Source of the DNA: Arcobacteraceae bacterium
GTDB lineage: Bacteria > Campylobacterota > Campylobacteria > Campylobacterales > Arcobacteraceae
DNA length: 64,000 nt
NCBI GenBank assembly: GCA_048268245.1
Contig: JBLWVX010000008.1
Location: forward strand, 1 to 64,000
Reading direction: 5' to 3'
The notes below the pieces were generated by a model, which saw only the letters and a program-made list of their open reading frames with translations, did no database searches and was not told where the DNA came from. Each line of letters opens with the position of its first letter. The stretch's first letter is position 1. Both the position numbers and the translations under genes were made by a program. Below, one piece after another: positions 59,254 through 64,000 of the stretch.

Positions 59254-59628
59254 TTAGATTTTTTTTAATATATTAAAGATATTATCAGGTATTTTTATAG
59301 CTTTATAGTCTTTTACATAGACTAACACTACTTTAAAAGAACAAATAAGTTCTGTATCCTTTAATATATCTTGCTTTAGTATCACCGAAGAGTTTTTTCT
59401 CTCCAGAATATGAGTCCGTATTTCTAATAAATCTCCTAAAAATGCAACTTGCACAAAGTCACAAATTATATTTCTTACTACAAAATGTTCTTTTTTTAAT
59501 TCATCATGGGAAGATAAACCTTCTTTAAAAAACACTTCAGACCTAGCTCTCTCACAAAACTTTATAAAGTTTGCATGATAGACAATTCCTGCGGCATCTG
59601 TATCTTCATAATATACTCTTACTTTCAT
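59254..59628 (-). CDS. YbgC/FadM-family acyl-CoA thioesterase
   Basis: RVYYEDTDAAGIVYHAN...ERAR. Confidence 0.92.
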   Translation of the reverse strand: MKVRVYYEDTDAAGIVYHANFIKFCERARSEVFFKEGLSSHDELKKEHFVVRNIICDFVQVAFLGDLLEIRTHILERKNSSVILKQDILKDTELICSFKVVLVYVKDYKAIKIPDNIFNILKKI

Positions 59629-59631
59629 ATC

Positions 59632-60054
59632 TTACTCTTTTACAACTGCTATTGTTAATCTTGAAGTACAAACTAATTTTCCACTTTCTTTATGACTGAT
59701 TTTAATATCCCATACTTGTGTACTTCTACCTATATGAATAGCACTAGCTATACCTTTTACTATTCCATCTTTTACTCCTTTTAAGTGATTTGCATTAATC
59801 TCTAAGCCAACTGCTGTAAAACCTTTTTTACAAGCCATAACAGCAGCTAAACTTCCCAATGTTTCAGCAAACAAAACTGATGCTCCACCATGTAATATTC
59901 CATGAATTTGATGGGTTTTTGAATTAACTGGCATTTCTCCTACTAAAGTATCATTTCCTATTTCAGTAAGTTTAATACCTAAATTCTCAATTGCTGTATT
60001 TTTACTCATAGCATTTAATTCATCTAAACTAAGCTCTTTATTCCAAATACTCAT
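59632..60054 (-). CDS. PaaI/MenI-like hotdog thioesterase
   Basis: HGILHGGAS...AETLGS, VGLEINANH. Confidence 0.9.
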   Translation of the reverse strand: MSIWNKELSLDELNAMSKNTAIENLGIKLTEIGNDTLVGEMPVNSKTHQIHGILHGGASVLFAETLGSLAAVMACKKGFTAVGLEINANHLKGVKDGIVKGIASAIHIGRSTQVWDIKISHKESGKLVCTSRLTIAVVKE

Positions 60055-60072
60055 AGTTTTCTCCTAGAAATC

Positions 60073-60930
60073 TTATTTCTTAGGGTAATCGTAAAACCCT
60101 TTACCTGACTTAACTCCATACCAACCAGCTTCAACATATTTAACTAATAAGGGAGAAGGACTATATTTAGGATTACCAAACCCTTCATGTAATACATTCA
60201 TAATAGCTAAGCAAGTATCAAGACCAATAAAATCAGCTAATGCTAAAGGTCCCATGGGATGTCCCATACCAAGTTTCATAGCAGTATCTATTGACTCAAC
60301 ATCACCTACACCTTCATATAAAGCACAAATAGCTTCATTTATCATAGGCATCAAAATACGATTTGCAATAAATGCAGGATAATCTTTTGAAGTTGCTACA
60401 GTTTTACCTAAAGACTGAGCAAATGTTTTTGTAGTTTCATACATTTCATCACTTGTAGCAATTCCAGGAATAAGTTCAACTAATTTCATAACTGGAACAG
60501 GATTCATAAAATGTAAACCTATAAATCTATCTGGTCTATTTGTTGCAGCAGCTAATTTAGTAATAGACATACTTGAAGTATTTGTAGATAATAAACAATC
60601 ATCTTTAATATGTTCTAATAAACCTTGAAATATTTTTATTTTTAAATCCAAGTTTTCTGTTGCAGCTTCTATAATAAGATCTGCACTATTTAATGTACTA
60701 GAATCTGTACCAGTAGATATTCTGTTTAATGAACTATTCATATCTTCTTGAGTAATTTTTCCTTTTTGTACTTGTCTACTAAGATTTTTATTAATAACTT
60801 CCATAGCCTTATCTAGTGCTTCTTGAGCAATATCAATTAAAATTACTTTATATCCTGACAGGGCACAAACATGAGCAATTCCATTACCCATTTGCCCAGA
60901 GCCTATAATTCCAACTTCTTTTATTTCCAT
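60073..60930 (-). CDS. 3-hydroxybutyryl-CoA dehydrogenase
   Basis: GSGQMGNGIA, NTSS, GLHFMNPVP, HPMGPL. Confidence 0.93.
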   Translation of the reverse strand: MEIKEVGIIGSGQMGNGIAHVCALSGYKVILIDIAQEALDKAMEVINKNLSRQVQKGKITQEDMNSSLNRISTGTDSSTLNSADLIIEAATENLDLKIKIFQGLLEHIKDDCLLSTNTSSMSITKLAAATNRPDRFIGLHFMNPVPVMKLVELIPGIATSDEMYETTKTFAQSLGKTVATSKDYPAFIANRILMPMINEAICALYEGVGDVESIDTAMKLGMGHPMGPLALADFIGLDTCLAIMNVLHEGFGNPKYSPSPLLVKYVEAGWYGVKSGKGFYDYPKK

Positions 60931-60960
60931 TTTTTTGCCTTTTATAAATTTTTATATTTT

Positions 60961-61602
60961 CTAACTATTTTCTAATATGAAAACAGTTTCAATAGCCTGA
61001 GATTTACGCTTTAATCCACTAGGGATATCAATATTTTCATTTAATAATGTAATCTCATAATAATCACTATAATGATGTTCTATTTCTGATAATGGTACAG
61101 AAAAAGGAGGTCCATTCATAATATTTTGATCATAGTCATAACTAATTAGTAATTGAGGTACAGCGTTTGTAATGTTTAACAAATGGCTTACATACTCTAT
61201 TCTCATTTCCAAAGGAAGAGCAACTAATGCCGCTCTATCATAAATAGCATCAATAGGTTTTAATATTTCAGCACTCATGTCAAAAAAATCTCCAACATAA
61301 ATATCAATATTTTTTGCTTTATATCTAATAAAGTTATTCTCTTTTGATATTGTAGGAGTAATATTCAACTCTTTAAAAAGTAGGTCAATTGCCTCTTTAT
61401 TTAACTCAATACCAACAAGATTGTAATCCTTTTTCAATAACCATGCTATGTCTAAAGTTTTACCACATAAAGGAAGAAATATACGCTTCTTTTTGGGTAG
61501 ATTTAATTTATGGAAATATTTAATTAACATAGGATTTACTTCTTTTATATGAAAAGCTATTTGATTTTTTTCCCATCTTTCATTCCAAAAATCTATATGC
61601 AC
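60961..61602 (-). CDS. Thiopurine S-methyltransferase family
   Basis: FWNERW, PLCGKTLD, YDRAALVAL, GPPFSV. Confidence 0.92.
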   Translation of the reverse strand: MHIDFWNERWEKNQIAFHIKEVNPMLIKYFHKLNLPKKKRIFLPLCGKTLDIAWLLKKDYNLVGIELNKEAIDLLFKELNITPTISKENNFIRYKAKNIDIYVGDFFDMSAEILKPIDAIYDRAALVALPLEMRIEYVSHLLNITNAVPQLLISYDYDQNIMNGPPFSVPLSEIEHHYSDYYEITLLNENIDIPSGLKRKSQAIETVFILENS

Positions 61603-61623
61603 GCTATATCTCCACTTTAATTT

Positions 61624-62535
61624 TTATGCTAATTTATTAGTTAATTCTGGTACAAATTGAAGTACATCTGCTACTACTAAAATATCAGCAACCTCATTTA
61701 TTGGAGCATCTTTATCTGTATTAACAGCAACAATAAATTCTGATTTTTTCATTCCTGCTAAATGTTGAATAGCTCCTGAAACTCCACAAGCTATATATAA
61801 TTTAGGTGAAACTGTTTGTCCTGTTGTTCCTACTTGGTGGCTTTGATCAACCCATGCATTATCAGCAACTGGTCTACTTGCACCCAATTCACCACCTAAT
61901 TTATCAGCTAGAGCTTGAATAATTGGAATATTATCTTTCTTCCCAACTCCACGACCAGCTGTTACAATAACTTCAGCTTTTGTTAAATCTAAACCTTTAG
62001 CTTCAGCTTCTTCATAAGCTACAAAGTTTACATTTGACGAAGCATCTGCTGACATATTTTCAATAGAAGGCATACCTTGAGGCTCAGAAAGAGGAGTGAA
62101 AGCTCCTGCTTGAATAGTAATAACTGTTTTATCCGTTTTCGATTTTAATTCTCTTCTTAGTTTTGAGTTACAAGAAGGAACAATAAAAGAGTTATCTTTA
62201 TAATCAATTACTTCTGTAAATTGTGTAGCTTTTAATGAAGTAGCAACTCTAGGCGCTAAATCCCAACCAAAAGAAGAGTGTATAAATACAATTAAATCTG
62301 GGTTCTCTTTTTCAACTACATCTAAAACTAATTGTTTATGTGCACTTGGGTTATACTCACCAAGAGTTTTAGCATCTGCTAAATAAAGTTTTCCATCAAA
62401 TTTTGGAATATCTTCTTCATAACCAACTGCTAACATCACTTTATCTGCTTCTAATTTATCCGCAAATCCTATTAATTCATATGTTACATCTAATAACTTA
62501 TTTTCTCTATACTCACCAACTAATAATATTTTCAT
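61624..62535 (-). CDS. etfA: Electron transfer flavoprotein alpha subunit
   Basis: GASRP, QVGTTG, GVSGAIQHLAGM. Confidence 0.94.
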   Translation of the reverse strand: MKILLVGEYRENKLLDVTYELIGFADKLEADKVMLAVGYEEDIPKFDGKLYLADAKTLGEYNPSAHKQLVLDVVEKENPDLIVFIHSSFGWDLAPRVATSLKATQFTEVIDYKDNSFIVPSCNSKLRRELKSKTDKTVITIQAGAFTPLSEPQGMPSIENMSADASSNVNFVAYEEAEAKGLDLTKAEVIVTAGRGVGKKDNIPIIQALADKLGGELGASRPVADNAWVDQSHQVGTTGQTVSPKLYIACGVSGAIQHLAGMKKSEFIVAVNTDKDAPINEVADILVVADVLQFVPELTNKLA

Positions 62536-62548
62536 AATACTTTCCTTT

Positions 62549-63316
62549 CTAAAGAACCGAAGTTTTTTCTTTTAATATTGCAATTAATTTATCTGCAAGC
62601 TCTGGAACATCACCTTCTAATACTAGACTACCACCACTTTTTTGTGGATAGTAAAAATTAAGTGTTTCATTTAAACTATCACCGCTTGATAACTCTAAAC
62701 TATCAATAGTTATTAATTCTTTCTTTTTTGCTTTCATAATATTTGGTAAAGTAGGGTATCTTGGAGTATTAAGTCCTAATTGACAAGTTAATACAACAGG
62801 AGTATCTACTTTGATAATAGATTTTAATCCACCTTCAAGCTCTCTTTTAACTGTAATACCATCAGAATATTCAAAGTCTGCAATTGTAGATACACAAGCG
62901 AAATTTAATAGTTCAGAAACAATAACACCAACTTGAGCAGAACCCCTATCTTGCGACTGCATTCCAGTAAAGATAATGTCAAAACTTTTATCTTTAGCAA
63001 AATCAGCAATTAAACTAGCAACTTGTGAAGAATCTTTTATATAAGACTCTTCATCTTCAATGTGAACAGCTCTATCACATCCCATTGCTAAAGCTTTTTT
63101 TAAAGCTTCTTTCACTCTTGCAGGTCCCACACATAAAACAGTAATGTCAACATCTGATAATTGTTCTTTTAATTGAACTGCTTGCTCAATAGCATATTCA
63201 TCATATTCATTAATACGATAAGCTAGATCATTTTCATCAAACCAATTATTTTGAGTATTTACTTTGAATTTTGATTCCATATCTGGAACTTGTTTAATAC
63301 ATACAAGTACTTTCAT
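62549..63316 (-). CDS. etfB: Electron transfer flavoprotein beta subunit
   Basis: VCIKQVPD, LAMGCD, NTPRYP. Confidence 0.94.
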   Translation of the reverse strand: MKVLVCIKQVPDMESKFKVNTQNNWFDENDLAYRINEYDEYAIEQAVQLKEQLSDVDITVLCVGPARVKEALKKALAMGCDRAVHIEDEESYIKDSSQVASLIADFAKDKSFDIIFTGMQSQDRGSAQVGVIVSELLNFACVSTIADFEYSDGITVKRELEGGLKSIIKVDTPVVLTCQLGLNTPRYPTLPNIMKAKKKELITIDSLELSSGDSLNETLNFYYPQKSGGSLVLEGDVPELADKLIAILKEKTSVL

Positions 63317-63331
63317 CTATATATCCTTTTA

Positions 63332-64000
63332 TTATTTTTTTAGTCTTTCAACTATAATTTCTGATAAATCTTTTACAACTAAACTATCTTCACACTCTGC
63401 CATTTTAATTCCATCTTCAAACATTGTAAGACAAAATGGACAGTTAGAGATTAGAGTAGGAGCTCCTGTTTCTTGAGCCATGTTAACTCTATCCACATTG
63501 ATTTTTTTATTTCCTAAATGCTCTTCTGCAAGGATTCTTCCTCCCCCAGCACCACAACAAGAAGTATCTTTTTTACTTTTTGCCATTTCAATGATATTTG
63601 CACCAGCTGAGTCTAAAAGTGATCTTGGTTCTAAATCAATATCATTGTGTCTTACTAAATAACAAGAGTCATGGTAAGTACAGTCAAACTCTTTTTCTTC
63701 CATTGGGATACGCTTTTCTTTTTCTAATCTATCTAGGAAAACTGTGTAATGTTCAACTTCTGTTTTTAAACCTAAATCCCTATAGTCTTTATTTAAAGTA
63801 TTAAAACAATGTGGACAAGTAGTTACAATTTTTAAAACATTATATTTATGAAGGTTTTCAATATTTTCTTTTGCTAACTCTTGATATAAATACTCATTAC
63901 CCATTTTACGAATAGGCTCACCACAACATTTTTCTTCTTTTCCTAAAATTCCTACTTTAATGCCAGAAGCATTACAAATTTCAACAAAATTTCTTGCAAT
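63332..64000 (-). CDS. CCG-domain Fe-S oxidoreductase (FadF/HdrD-like), 5' end outside window
   Basis: Frame is open to 64000; EEKCCG, TTCPHC, YHDSC, CCGAGGG, NCPFC. Confidence 0.85.
   Translation of the reverse strand: MARNFVEICNASGIKVGILGKEEKCCGEPIRKMGNEYLYQELAKENIENLHKYNVLKIVTTCPHCFNTLNKDYRDLGLKTEVEHYTVFLDRLEKEKRIPMEEKEFDCTYHDSCYLVRHNDIDLEPRSLLDSAGANIIEMAKSKKDTSCCGAGGGRILAEEHLGNKKINVDRVNMAQETGAPTLISNCPFCLTMFEDGIKMAECEDSLVVKDLSEIIVERLKK

Noticed and set aside
1..64000. Mobile elements, prophage, tRNA/rRNA, anti-phage defence genes
   Set aside because: No integrase, transposase, phage or structural RNA signatures recognised by eye; tRNAscan and Rfam were not run.

Overview
AT-rich Campylobacterota chromosome segment; gene content and style point to Arcobacteraceae (inference). 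Positions ~1.5-18.2 kb form a copper-homeostasis island. It holds (i) a yceI-precursor-DUF692-DUF2063 operon, i.e. an MNIO RiPP cluster related to HvfA/oxazolin and bufferins, whose exported precursor has five G[S/A]CGAGKCG repeats with Met/Lys-rich linkers; (ii) a CrdA-CrdB/TolC-CusB-CusA efflux operon; (iii) a CrdRS-like two-component system plus two orphan paralogous regulators; (iv) an OprD-like porin, a SHOCT protein, CopA/CopZ and a small His/Met secreted peptide. Seven promoters in the island share one tandem-repeat box (YTMCAY-N5-YTMCAY-N10-TAnnnT, first half-site degenerate upstream of yceI). One box fronts no protein gene but a ~100-nt structured, U-terminated segment with an exposed anti-Shine-Dalgarno loop: a candidate copper-regulon sRNA. 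The rest is mostly core and metabolic genes: MCP, gltX, rlmN, hisF, rsmA, rnj, kdsD, rluB, rarA, hemJ, PIN-PhoH, an anchorless SdhAB/FrdAB-like pair led by a Phd/YefM-like gene, dctP, bluB, asnB, pit, DEAD helicase, accBC, lutABC, a duplicated pair of two-component systems, atoDAB, and an acyl-CoA/ETF operon cut by the window end. No rRNA, tRNA, CRISPR or transposase was seen. All calls come from reading the sequence; no searches were run.
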